Of a DNA stretch of 64,000 nucleotides, positions 16,102 through 29,103 are shown piece after piece. Source of the stretch: Schmidtea polychroa (taxonomy: Eukaryota); the NCBI GenBank assembly GCA_044892525.1, contig CM097885.1, forward strand, positions 84,258,001 to 84,322,000, written 5' to 3'. Made by a program: the position numbers and the translations under genes. Position 1 is the first letter of the stretch, and the number at the start of each line of letters is the position of its first letter. Under the pieces are notes generated by a model that had not been told where the DNA came from, did not search any database, and worked only from the letters and a program-made list of their open reading frames with translations.

Positions 16102-17117
16102 TGTTTATAACGCCTATAAATGAACAAGTATTCGTTCTATTTCTACAGCTTGAAATAAAAAACAAACGATTCTTTACAAGTTACATCCATCGCCATGACA
16201 AACGGGACGATCTATGGAGACTCAGAAAAGAGATCGGAGGTAAAAAGAAATTAAAAATGAGAAAGAAAAAGAAAATAAAAATTATCAAACAAGAAAATAA
16301 AATCAAGGTCAGTACTAATTAATTAGTACAAAAAGGAAAAGGAATTTTGGAAAAAAAAGAAAACAACAATATCCTTATCTCGACACCTTGCGAGTGATAA
16401 CAGATTTACTGGGAGAAGGCGGTCAAAATAAAAAGGGAAAAAGCAAAATATCTCGACATCTGTCAGAGATAAGGCTGACATAGCGGGGAACGCAAAAAAT
16501 GGGAAAACGAAAGCTGTCGCCAGTGCCATAAATAAAATAACTATATAAGGGAAAACTGGTGAACATGAAATTAGAACCAAAGGAGAACAAAAAGGGGAAT
16601 AAAAAGAGACGACAAATTTAGAAGGAAAATTAGAGACGATTTGGAAGACGATTTGAGAAAATAATTATTGGAGAAAATCAGACGTTGAACGAAACGTTGT
16701 TGGACAAACGATTGTCAAGATAATTATAAAGGAAATAATTGTGGAAAATAATTATTGGAGAAAAGTTGAAGAGAAAAATTAGTTGAATATTAAAATGAAA
16801 AGAAGTTATTGATTATTTGAATAAAGTTTGAAAGAAAGTCAAAGAAAACAACCAGCTCAAAATCCCAGTTTAGAAACCAATCAGTAATTTGTGATCTTTT
16901 AATCCGGTGTTATACGAAAGTGCTATTCCTCACCGAGTGTTGCAATAAGCACTGTAGTCACCCAGCAGAGTGTTGAATTTATTGTCAGTATCAAGTGAAA
17001 GTTTATTTGTGATTATCAATAAAGATTTCTATTGTCAAGTGTTATTTGTGAATTATATAAAGAAACGCTTGGAGTCAGAGTAACATTAAATTTTATCACC
17101 AACTCAATAACCCAACA
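16102..17117 (+). repeat. Gypsy-like LTR sequence (repeat family also at 20690-21190 and 32124-32670, both inverted)
   Basis: TG...CA ends, AATAAA near the 3' end, terminus CAATAACCCAACA. Long alignable stretches are shared with the two inverted copies. No TSD confirmed. Confidence 0.6.
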
Positions 17118-17402
17118 AATTTTTATGTGTGTTTGTGGTATGTGCACACTAATTTATAACTGCAAACAAATTATTGTCAAGAACATATATATAAAATTAT
17201 GGAAATTTTACCGTTTAAATTATTTATCCGAATTTTAATAGCGAATTTATGTAAAATTAATGGCAGAAAATCCAAGTTATTTTTAATTTTTAAATTTATT
17301 AAATAAATATCAAAAAATAATTAAATAAATGACAAAAAATAATAAAATATGAAAAATGGACGCATATTTTTTAGGTGGTGTATTTTTATCGCTAATTTGT
17401 AA

Positions 17403-18360
17403 TGTTGGGTCGTACTAAGAACAAGATCACTTAAGTGTCTAAGGGAAAAGCAGAATTATCGTTAGATAGATGACATCATGACTATCGAATATAATCACCT
17501 GCAAACTCGTGGAGACGGTCATGTTGGTACTGTATGCAATAGTTGGAGATAAACAGATAGTTGATCTTCATCGCCAAGACTAATCTCTGCTTGACATTCA
17601 CCTGGAGATTAAGACTGCCGGTAGAAGATCTTATGTCTCTTAAAAAATCGATTACTGATAATTATTAATAGTCTCTTCGGAACGTGGACTAATATTAAAG
17701 CTATTGATAGTAATGTGTATAATCATCGATATTTCTCGTGAACTAGCTGAATTAGGGCGAATTTATAAAATATCCAAGTCAAATACCGCATTTTGGATGC
17801 ACTACCTTTTATTCCGGAGCGTTCGACGTTGATGTTCAAGCTCAGCTTTTGGAGCTGGAACAGATGAAGGGGTGGCTACCATGCTGACATTGATAAATAG
17901 CAGAGGGCCACTAGGCACTATAGAGGAGGATGGAATACCGGAGGAATGACCACTGTCCAAAAGATGGTTGGAACAGGATGTTCACGGAGTGCTTCTTTGG
18001 TCATGTTGACTCCATGTCGGCGAAATGATAAATCGGAATCACGTTTGCTAACTCCTACAGGAAAAGATTTGGGAACCTGTATCGCAACTCGGCTTTTGTG
18101 TAAATTCGATGGAGAGCGATAGCCTGCTCTTGGATTAAGTTCCTCTGAGCCGGACTTTCGTCGATTAAATTGTCTCTACGAGTCGGAGTTTTTGTTGTAT
18201 CTATTTCATCTTTGATGACGTGAAACACGTAACTCGAGACGTTCGATTTTTTGCGTCCAAAAGAACAAACCTTTGTTTAACCACTTCTTGTATAATCATT
18301 TCATTTTTGTTGGAGCACGAGAAACAAGGCTATAGGACTGCCTTCGAGTTTAGCATTTTC
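17403..18360 (-). mobile_element. Partial copy of the TGTTGG/CCAACA family with a degenerate PCFSC ORF
   Basis: Starts TGTTGGGTCG at 17403 and carries the shared motif at 17510-17640. Minus-strand translation from about 18355 (MLNSKAVL*PCFSCSNKNEMII...FTSSKMK*IQQKLRLVE) aligns with ORF 61216. The second end was not found. Confidence 0.7.
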
Positions 18361-18959
18361 TTTATAGGTAATTTGAAGGAAATTATTTAATTCAATGGCA
18401 CACAGAGCTGATAATTTCAAGGCTGTTGGATAACTGGAAATAATATCTGTTTTAGATAATATTATTGCATGTTGAATTTGTACGTCTGATTATTACATAA
18501 TCTGTCTAAATGTCCAAGGTGTAATATAGATGCATGTGTACTTTGCTCAAGATACTTACAGTTATTATTAGTATTAATAAATCTAATGTCTTAAGTCTTC
18601 TAACATAGCGAACACGACAAATAACTCACTAACTTCTTTCACTCCAACGCCGAAAATCTTTACCGCCGGACACTGCCTAGAAACTTTCTTAGAATAAATT
18701 AGAAGATTTAACTCCAATTACAAAAACATTCATAAGAGTATTCATGTTAACCAAAGCGGCTAAATTATATGAAGTTGACAGTTATGAAAAAAGATGCAGA
18801 AAAAACTTTGATGAACCAAACGTTATCCCTTGGGTTAGGTTGACCCGTAACGAAGGAAGCTTATGATAATTAAAAATAATAATGTAAAATGTTGAGTAGA
18901 ATAACTGAAAATAGAAATAATATGAAATCAAATAAAAACTCGGGGTTGTATTTATTTTC

Positions 18960-19330
18960 AATCCGTTTTAACCAATTCTCGATATTCAGCAGTTATCACT
19001 GCTAATTTATCCTCTAATTCTTTGACCTTTGAACTTTGCTCCAATATGGTACCGGAGAGTGATAACTGTTTCTCATTGGCCAACACAATTCTCGTCACAG
19101 TTGCACTACAGAATAATGACGACAACTAAAGTTCACATTTGCATAATCGATACTCACTCGATTTCAGCCTTCAAATTTCTCACTGTCCAAATAGCTGGGA
19201 ACATGCTGGAATCGTTCGATCTGGCGATTATTTCCTCAAGCAATTCAGATAAGCTTTCTAGTGGCATTTCTTCAATCGACCTTATCAATAGAATTTATTT
19301 CAATTAATTCACTCTACCCAATAGGTGTTT
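18960..19330 (-). mobile_element. Possible LTR-retrotransposon gag remnant
   Basis: Frameshifted helical, coiled-coil-like coding fragments (EMPLESLSELLEEIIAR; SIDYAN; RIVLANEKQLSL). Only a weak Gag resemblance. Confidence 0.25.
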
Positions 19331-19685
19331 ACTTTTCACTTTTCTTTCTTCGATTTATCAATTCCTAAATTATAGGGAATATTCAGGGCCAATCAAATGA
19401 TAATCAATCAAATGTATAATTGTATGGAACCAAGGGGAATCATATATTACAACATTTTACAGATATTTGGCGTTTCACAATACATATTTTTAATTAATTA
19501 GTCCATTTGGACATAGAATTATTTTCGAAAGTTATCGATTAATTTCTTTTCTCCTTGGATTCGTAGCGAAAGAATATTTTTTTCATGGATTAAACTGAGC
19601 GTCTTTATATAATATAATAATACGCAGCTTTTATATCTTTGGTAACCAAGACAAATTTCGACTCCTTCCCATAGTTACACAAATT

Positions 19686-20427
19686 TTATATATATATATA
19701 TATATGTTTCAATTTAACAAGCATCAGATCATTTTTATTGAAACTAAAAACATCCAAACTGTTTTTCAGAAGGCAACATTTGATTACAACTACGAAGCCA
19801 CTGGGATCAGTTTTGAATAATAACGGTTTGTCCATTTCAATATCATAAGATAATGCCATCATTGAACAACTTAATAATCGCATCTCAGCCGACTGGGTGT
19901 TAAGCTGATTAATATCCGCAATACAACGACATATTACATCACAAGGCATTTCATATCCATTTTTATATTTAAATCGAGCTGCTTCCATTTGTGCACGACA
20001 TACTTGAGATCGATAATCAGGGATCATACCAGTCATAACACCTCCAGTACTTTCAGTGATATTAAACAATCTTGTAGCTGAACTCTTTTCAATCATTTTA
20101 TCTGGAACTTTTCTTTTTGCAACAATATGCACCACACAACTAATTTTCCTAGCAATGAATATCTCTAATATAACGCTATCTGAGTGCTTTTCCAAAAAGC
20201 ATTCCAAACTCCCAATCCAAATTTTATGTTTATCGTTAAATCTGAAACGCTTCATTTTATCATTTCGAATAATATTTTGGTAAATCATTTGAAAATAGAA
20301 AACACCAATTGTGCTTATGTAACTTTCAGTATAAGTATCATCTGCAAATCTGAGTAATAAACAAGATTTTCCAACACCAGAATCTCCAATTAATAGAAGC
20401 TTGAATAAAGTCATACTCTGGATTCAT
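19686..20427 (-). pseudogene. Chimeric Rab1 N-terminus + proteasome alpha-6 core ORF
   Basis: 20427-20300 encodes [42 protein letters not shown] (Rab1, 2-nt deletion after EYD). 20160-19780 encodes [56 protein letters not shown]...TQSAEMR...DPSG (PSMA6). One open frame 20414-19686. Confidence 0.85.
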
Positions 20428-20435
20428 TTAATTAT

Positions 20436-21455
20436 TGTCAACGTTCCGGTTTCGATAAACAATTATAATCGTACAAAAAATTCACAATTCCAGAAAATTC
20501 GAAAAAACTGACTCAGCTAAACAAAACTCTAAAAATTCTCTAAATCCAATTAAAATCCAAAATCTAATTAAAAAACATTACAACCATGCGCGTACGCAGA
20601 GGGGGGGGGGTTACTGGGGGTTTAACCCCCCATGATTCCAACAACAATATAAAAAACTATAATTAATAAATATATAAACTTAAAACAATTTAAGAAATAT
20701 TCCGAATGCCGATATATATTTTTACTCTACTTTTGCCTCTAATTTCGTTTTGTTTTGCTCTCAACTTCGTTCTACTTTTCGTTCTGTTTTTGTTTCTCAA
20801 TCTGTTCTTTTTTCTCGTCCACCAGTTCTCTTTATATAGTTGTTTTGCTTGTGGCACTCCAGATAATTGAGTGTTTTTCCACTTTCCATCCCCTGCTTTC
20901 CCCGACTGTCCCATTTTTATCTCTGACAGCTTGTCAAGTTGTTTTTCCCTTTTTCCTTTTTTGTTCGACCGCCTTCTCCCATCAATTCTATCATCACCGG
21001 CAAGCTGTCGAGATAAGGATAAGGATGATTTCAAAATTCCTTTTTCCTTTTTGTACTAATTAATTAGTACTGACCTTGATTTTTATTTTCCTGTTTGATA
21101 ACTTTTATTTTCTTTCTCATTTTTGATTTCTTTTCACTTTCGTTTTCTTTTCAGAGTCTCTATAGATTGTCTTGTTTGTCATGGCGATCTTCCCCCAGGT
21201 AATTTTACTTATTTCTTTATTAATTATTATTTAGGTATCCTCAACATTATATATAAAAATAATATATGTACCCCCCCCCCCCCATGGATTCATCCTGCGT
21301 ACGCGCCTGATTACAACAACCTACTTCTCGCATCTGTGTGCGCACCCCAACAATATTCGATCAAATCATACCGCGCACACAGACGCGAAACAAAGGGAAA
21401 CGTCAAACAAACTGCCAGTCAGAGGTGAGTGACATTCCCCATCTGACTGGTCGAA
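20436..21455 (-). mobile_element. BEL/Pao polypurine tract + 3' LTR (interrupted by a hAT MITE)
   Basis: The reverse complement GTTTCGACCAGTCAGATGGGGAA|TGTCACTCACCTCTGACTGGC...TCGCGTCTGTGTGCGC matches the Pao 3' end at 52762-52860. The LTR ends ...GTTGACA at 20436. Confidence 0.7.
20585..21309. mobile_element. hAT MITE with exact 8-bp TSD, containing an LTR fragment
   Basis: TIRs CATGCGCGTACGCAG and CTGCGTACGCGCCTG. TSD ATTACAAC at 20577-20584 and 21310-21317. Interior 20690-21190 is homologous to the 16.1-kb LTR-like repeat. Confidence 0.9.
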
Positions 21456-21479
21456 ACATATATATATATATATATATTT

Positions 21480-24400
21480 TTATATATTGATTTATTTTTA
21501 GAAAATTATCGTGATAACGGGACAAGGGGCTCGAAAGCTGCAAATTATTGATCAATAGCCTAAAAATGAAATAGACCTTATATATCAAATAATATATTAT
21601 CAAAACTAAGTTTATTATTATTATTAATAATAATAATTAATATAACCTTTTCAATTTTATTTCCAATATCATTTATTAGCATTTCAGCAACACCGATCCA
21701 TAGATTGTTTTCACTCTGGAATTATTTGCAATTTATCTCTTTTAATAGTAAATAATTTATCAATAACTAAAGCTACATTTACAATATCTATGACTATTAT
21801 TTTAATATTATTATTATTTATTAAAATTTATATTTATTTTAATTTTTTTTATAAATAATAATATTTAAATTAATTAAAATATTTTATGACTATTATTTAT
21901 AATTATTTATAATTTATAGTTATTATTTAAAATTTATATTTATTTTAATTTTTTTATAAATAATATTTAAATTAATTAAAATATTTTATATGACTATTAT
22001 TATTTATTATTAATTGCAATTATTTAAAAATTTTAATTATAGATTTTGCATGGTTTACTAGCAACGATTTAATTGATGGTCACATCTGAATAAATGGGGA
22101 AATGAAAAATTTATAATTTATTAATATAAGATAAGCAACTTATTTTTAATTCGATATTGGTTACTGATAAATATCCAAACCTTGCTTCTAGGTCCCGCCG
22201 AAGACAATTTATACAAATTTGAACCACATAGATTACTTACGATAGTAATCAGCTAATTGTAATGATTTATTGCTGAGACAGGAACAGTGAACTTTTATAG
22301 ATAATAAATCATATCATAACGCACTTATTTTTAATATTTTTATTAATTTTATTGTAATTTATTAATATTTTATATTTTTTCATTACTATTTATATTATTA
22401 TATTTTCTTTATAAAATTATTATTATTATAAACTATCACCTCATAATCGTCCATTTCAATTTTAATGTTTTCTCGATCAAAATCTGAACTGAATCTCTCA
22501 GTCCATCTAAAATAAAGACATTTATGTCATATAAATAAAATTTAAACTTACCCCATGGTATAATGAAATGTTTTATTATTTCCTGACACAATCGATTCAA
22601 AGTTTTCACTAAATTTTTTAAATTGCATTTCAATATTCTCAGCGTGGCTCATGTTGGAAAATAAGAAAAGTGCATCAATAATCCAGTTGGTAATTGTTGA
22701 CTGCTGATATATAATAGTTTCCATTAATTCAGAATCGTATCGATCGATTCTATTAGAGAATGACACCAATGCCATTTGTGTGGAATTATAGAACTTGTTA
22801 AATCTATTCAAAAAACAATGCATGAAGAATGCGGCTGACATATAAATGTTTCAACATTGATTTAATAAATTAGTGTGAAATAATAGATCATAACTTTTTT
22901 ATATATTTTTTATTTAATTCAATCCTTCTTTAAACTTTAAACTACAATAACATTTAACATAACCTTGGTTTAGTTAAAACTGTACACTGCAAAGGCAAAA
23001 CAAAGTAATTAGTAACTAATCCCAATAAAACAATTAATGTCAGTAAAAATTTCAAAACTAACTCAGTAAAATCTTCATTTTTTTCAATTGCTTTCAATTC
23101 TTCATTGTTAAACATTTCTAAGTATAAGTCATTAACCAGTGTAACGATAAATTCAATGTTCTCATTATTTTCGTTTTCATTATTTACTCTTAGATTTTCA
23201 ATTTGAAACTCAATTTTTGCAATACAAGATTTCATATCGTTAAAAAATGGATCGAAATTACTAATTATATTTAACCGAGAAGTAAATTCATCATTCCATG
23301 CTTCAATTTCCTATTAATTAATAATTAAACTTGAATACGAAAAATAAATGGAAGTACCTCAAATAATTCAGAAAAAATCACTGGTTGACTATTATTAGCT
23401 TCAAAATCATGTTGTATTCCAGTTCTAGTAGATATCTTGACAACATTGTCTCTCAACTGTATTACAAAATCATTGATAGATTGAATGATCAATCGATAAT
23501 TTGATATGCTGTCTGATGAAATATCAGTAAAAATATTTGTCAGTGAACTTTCAGCTAAAAACTAATTCATAATTTAAATATTTTCATAATTTAAACACAA
23601 CTAACGGATTTTAATGAATTCAAATGACTCTCAATAATATTCAAATGATTCTTAGATTCTTTTCTAATTTAAAATAATAAAATTTCTAAGTAAAATAAAT
23701 GCAATACAAATTTAACTTGGTAAATAAATCGAATTTATCATTTAGAAAATGAAATAAATCGTAAAAGTTATTCATTGTTTTGTTTGTTTCAGTGTGTAGT
23801 TTCGTGATTTGTTTAAGGCATTTACTAGATAAATCTTGTATTCTACTTGTCAACACTGTGTCACAGTCCGAAATATAAATTGCAAAATGTTGAGATAATT
23901 GAAATAATTTTTTAGTTACTAATCTCAATCTCTTGCTTGTGTTCAATAAAGATTCGTCAGATATCTATATCATAAGAAATTAAACTTTGTTTTAATCAAT
24001 TGTAAAAATGTAAATATTCACTTTTAACGATAGAGCAAATGCCAAAGAACTCCATTCTTCTTTTTCGTTGTTTACAGCTGACATGTGTCTATCGAGTCTT
24101 TGCTTTTGTAAGTCATACAATACGTGATATTCATTTAGAAGTTCTTTACTCCGTGTTGAATCTTGTAGTGCTCCTTCAAGCTGAAAAATACAATTTTTAA
24201 TTATTTACATGTTTATAGGTAGTTCAAATCAACTTCTTTGTGAATATATTCAGCATTTTCTGTTACTTTGATGTCTCGTTCTTTCACTTCCTTCAGTTGC
24301 CTATATTTTAATAAAAAATGATTATATCAAACAGCTAACTCTGTTAAGTATCGAATGGCCATCTGAAATTCTTCAATTTGAGTCGTAAGTTTTTTATCTT

Positions 24401-25725
24401 TAACGGTTTGATCTTTCACGTCTAATTTTAATCTACAACCAGAATTCAACAATGGATTAACTAATGAAAATGACAAAACTTTGATAGTTCTTTTGGTAAT
24501 TGACATACAAGGTCCATATATTTATTTCTCAATTCTAAAACAACGTCTCCTCTTGGTTTAGATGATGACATGATCTAAATAAATTTGAATGTTACGGATA
24601 TAAGTTCTATCTCATAAAATAAAAATAAATGAAGTTCAATGAAATTGTAAATGAAAACAAATCAAAAGTGAAATAAAACAATTTATTGATTTTAATAATA
24701 TTTAAAAATTATTTTAATTTTTTATCAATATTAGTCATAAATATTGAATTTTCAAAGAAATTGATTGGATCAAAATACATAAAAAAGAATATATAGTAAA
24801 GAAAAATCCATCAAGATTAATTTAAATTCTTTTTTGATTTTTAGAAAGTTTGTTGGAAATAAATAAATATTTGACTGTTTTATCATATTTTATTTTTTCT
24901 GAAACTACTAAATTAAACGATACCATAAGAAACAAAAGAAATAGGTGATATAAAATAAAAAAAATCGTTAACAAATTTGAGAATTACTTGTCGAGCCAAT
25001 TCATGAAAAATAATGTTATATATTCCATCTAACTGAATAATCAATTCAATCATTTCATCAATGTCATCGGTATCATTCACGGAATATTGATCGATCGCAT
25101 AATCAGGTTGATTCTGATTGGTCAGCATTTGATTGAGAGTTTTATGGAGATATTTCACTTCATGCCGTGATTCGGGAAATCTATCGAAACAATAAAAATC
25201 ACAAGATATTAATCAGTCAAATTTACTCGGTAGGAAATACTATCATTGCTCTATTCACTTCTTCTTTTGTTGTTGGCTCACTTAAATAAATTATTATAAT
25301 AATTCCTTATTGAAATCGTTTTACTGATCTTTATATTCTAAATATGACTTTGAATCATTTTTCATTACATGAAATTCATCAGGAATCATCGTTTTGATTG
25401 ATAACTGAGGTTTTATAATTATTTATTAATTATTTCTATTTTTAAATACTTTTTCAGGTTTTATATTGATCCTATTCAATTCATCACCCCTTATTTCTGT
25501 GATATCGAAGAATTTTGGAAGTTTTGGGGATTTTGTGTTTTTAAAATTCACTTTTGGGAAAAGTCTTGAAAGGATAATAAAAAATTATTTTCATGAAAGA
25601 CAATCAAACTTTGTTTGGTTAGGAAATAAATTTTCCATATTAGCTGTAGCTAATGGATTTTTTAGGCTGTTCATTATTTCCAAAGGAATGTAATCGTTAT
25701 CATTATTTTCGATTTTACTTTCCAT
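21480..25725 (-). CDS. AXDND1: Axonemal dynein light chain domain-containing protein 1-like, multi-exon; 3' end approximate
   Basis: ATG at 25725 (DYIPLEIMNSL). Exons read IYNIIFHELARQ, then ...RGDVVLELRNKYMDLVCQ, then NEYHVLYDLQKQRLDRHMSAVNNEKEEWSSLAFALSLK, then ...RLRLVTKKLFQLSQHFAIYISDCDT. These follow the recalled AXDND1 motif order, with short GT-AG introns. Confidence 0.75.
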
Positions 25726-26559
25726 GGCTAAATTATAAAAAAGGAAATTATAATTAATAGATAATTAATTTACAACTATCGTAATTATTAATTCTTGAAT
25801 ATCCACAAATATATTTATACAATTAATTAATTTTATATAAATATTAAAAATCATCCCTTAAATATTTCGTTTAAAATAATAATTTTTTTAATTATTATTA
25901 GAATTATCATATTACTATCTTTAAATTATAAAAATATTCAATATTAATATTAAAATTAACAAGATCAAATAATACTAATTTATTATATCTAAGTAAAGTA
26001 GGTTTTAAACAAAACTATAATTAAAAAATTGTGAGAATAGTTTTAATAGATTTTTTCAACTTTAACAATTTTGATCTAGTATCATAAAAGAAGTAAATGA
26101 CAATTTAAAGAATAAAAAAATCATTTTAAATTCCAACTTGTACGTGTTCAATGTTTGATACAAATAAAGCAAATAAAAGTAAACTGTAATTACCACATGC
26201 AAAAGAGGAGATCAAAAAGACATTTGGACCATGGATAAGTTCTATGCGAGTTAATCAGTTGTATAAGATGAATATTTGTATCAGATTACGATAAATTACG
26301 ATATATAATTGTTGGGGTTAGAGCAAAAACAAAATAAATTTCACATGGTACCAGAAAGCAGAACAAAAATTGGTAAAATCAATATAAGTACAAAATTAAT
26401 TAAAATTTATTGAAAATTAAAAATCAATATTGAACGGGGGTATCGGGTATGGTTGAATGCCAAATTGTTAGACGAGGTTAGAAAGCATAATAAAGATGTA
26501 ATAGGGTGATCATAGAAAAAGTTAATAAGGAAAAACAAATTAATTAAAATTAATTAATC

Positions 26560-27240
26560 TGTAATGGAAAGCCCAAGCCAATGGAAAGCCCGAGCCCATG
26601 GGAAACCCGAGCACTGAAGAAAACCCGATGCGCAGTGAGACCCGAGACACCAGATAAGGGAATAACAATTCGAATTATAATTGCAGGGTAAATAAATTAA
26701 AATAATTGTCGAACCGTTCAAAATTTACTTAGGGTGCCCGGGGAAACAATTAATTTCATTTTGCTAGATAATTGGCCTCTTAGACAGATTATAAAAGGAG
26801 AGCTTAGAAATGAGCAAGCCGCCATTTGGTCGAAGAGAAAAAGGAAAAAGCTAAACAGAAAATCCAGCAAGGACAAGTCAAAAGAGGAATTTGTGAATTA
26901 TAAAGAAGCTAGACTCGTAGAAGAAAAGGTAATTGCTCCTTAGGTTTCTTACCTTAACGAACCAAATTTAAATTGAGAGAAAGGTGCAAATAGTGACAAA
27001 TTGTAATTGTGATAAAAAGCGAATAAAGTTATTCTGTGTTGAGTTTTCATTGATTTGGTAAAATAAGGACACGAGGAGTCAGAGAAAGGACCGACTTACA
27101 AATAAAAACTCAACATAATTATTGAAATTAATTATACAAGTTGTTGAATGTAGCATAATTTCAAAAGAAATTTTTATTTGTTTTACTGTCGTAACTGAAG
27201 AAAAGTATTACATTGTTGATTATCTATCGGTAAACAACTG
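26560..27240 (+). repeat. LTR-like sequence with short internal tandem motif
   Basis: Starts TGTAATGG, has about five copies of an AA(A/G)CCC(A/G)AG motif, AATAAA and a U5-like tail. No TSD confirmed. Confidence 0.35.
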
Positions 27241-28249
27241 AAAAGGTTTTGCAAATAAGTACAAAAAAATTTAAACATACAAAAAATCGAGAGCAGATAA
27301 GTTAAAAATATTGTTAAATTATTTTTAAATTTTAAAAGCTATTAATTGTTAAATTATATTTAAATCAGCAAAATGATGACCTCGGTGATGAATTCAACAG
27401 TGTCGAGTCTGCAGTAAATGTGCGATGACGAAATTCAAGGAGATAATAAATTTTCCTATTCACAATCAGTCCCATAAGATAATGATGATGATATGGAAGT
27501 ATTCTATAGTAGAAGCGACTCTTTGTACTGTAGTGAAATCAGCTTAGAAGAAAATGATATGACTAGTGAATAAAACAAAAAAAGAAAATATTAATTACAA
27601 CAAAACACTATCCGTCACATAATTGAAATCGTAATATTACGATTCAAGGTGGTTCCAACGGGCATCAGAGGAACGGTTATATAAGTAGTTGTTACTGCCA
27701 ACGGTAATTGTGCCATAGTTGGTAAGGGCTGAGAGTTCTGGCGGACCAAGTGATTAAAGGTCATCACTTCCAGATTCATCGTTTCCGCTCTCTTTAGTAA
27801 TCGACTGTAGAGCTCCATTTTTGTATAGGTACTGATTAACAAGTCGTGTTGCCGTCTAAAGTGTACGCTTTGCGCACCGGCTTTAAGTGATTACTTTATT
27901 GTGAGCTTTTTCCAACTAAAAGATTTTCTGGTGGATTTCGTGGGCATTATCTGGAGCCAACCAAGAATATTCCACTTGGTGTACCTTCTTTTGTAACTTC
28001 CTCACTTTCTTTCGTAGGTGCTGCTAGGCAATATTATATTGGGTTTCTTCCTTACTAGATAGAGTTTGTGGCTTCATGAAGACCTAAATTTTCAAGAAAA
28101 CCTTTATGAAAAGCATAGGAAAATGAGCGATCTTACAATAGAAATTTGATATTTTTGAATTTAATTTACTTAGTGTAATAATTTAAAGAATTCCTAGGAA
28201 TTTCTAAAAATCAAATTAGATTCAAAATCAGTTCAGATTTCAGTGGGAA

Positions 28250-28760
28250 GTTTTGCCTATCTTCATTTCATTGAATATATCATCTTTTCGCATTTCAACA
28301 GTGCATTTGATTTATCAACTTTTCGCCTACCATCATTTTGACATTAAAAATCTAACAATATTCGGTGGGCATTTAACATTATTCCCTTTCCTTAATTATG
28401 AACCAAAGTGTTTGTTTAATTTTACTTTCTCCTTCCAGGTACTAGAATCCAGATCACACTCGCGACATAAAGATTCTAGCAGGGTTAACCGTGTGTTGTC
28501 CTCCGCCTGCCCCTCACGGGTTATCCACCTCCGCTTTTCGGGCGTCAGGTGGACAGACTTTTCCTCTATTTATTCTCCCCGTATTCCGAACACTGATATC
28601 TTCAAAACTTACTGCGAGTTTCAGATGAAGACCCAGCCTGCCAGAATTATGTTGCAACATGGCGTAAGAGCCGCTTGTTTTATTTTTTAATTAAGCGTTT
28701 GTTTGATTTATTGTTTATTTGGTGTCTTTTTTTAATTTTAAATAAACTTTTTGTGTTATA
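28250..28760 (+). mobile_element. Possible Penelope 3' end (GIY-YIG tail + degenerate hammerhead-like motif)
   Basis: HHFDIKNLTIF and LES...VNR resemble the Penelope endonuclease C-terminus. They are followed by CAGATGAAGAC...GTTGCAAC and AATAAA. Confidence 0.35.
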
Positions 28761-28849
28761 TATACACGCCCATTTTAATTATTTTTCCTTAATTAATTTA
28801 AATGTTAATTAATGGCCTTAGGCCCAACAAAATGAATATTACAGGAGAG

Positions 28850-28990
28850 TTCATAAATGTATACTCTGGCTGCTTTCATAGAATTTTTGTAATTCGTTTA
28901 TCTTCGATTAACAGTTGATGAGCACCTAGTAACATATCGTGGCAGAATACCTAGTAACAAGTATATACCGACCAAACCAAGAAAAACTGT
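28850..28990 (+). mobile_element. piggyBac transposase fragment
   Basis: LTVDEHLVTYRGRIPSNKYIPTKPRK matches the first catalytic Asp region (TVDEQL..FRGR..F.QYIP.KP.K). Confidence 0.7.
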
Positions 28991-29103
28991 GAATCCAACA
29001 GTGGATTTGCTCTCAATGTCATTATCTATGATCATAATTTTTGAGAACTGAAAAGAATGTGAGTTATCGCGCATATCTAATTTTAAGTTTAATCATTGAT
29101 TTA

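Noticed and set aside
16101-16580. Lys-rich and Phe-rich short ORFs (also 20690-21063)
   Set aside because: Translations of A/T-skewed LTR-like repeat sequence on both strands with no coding signal.
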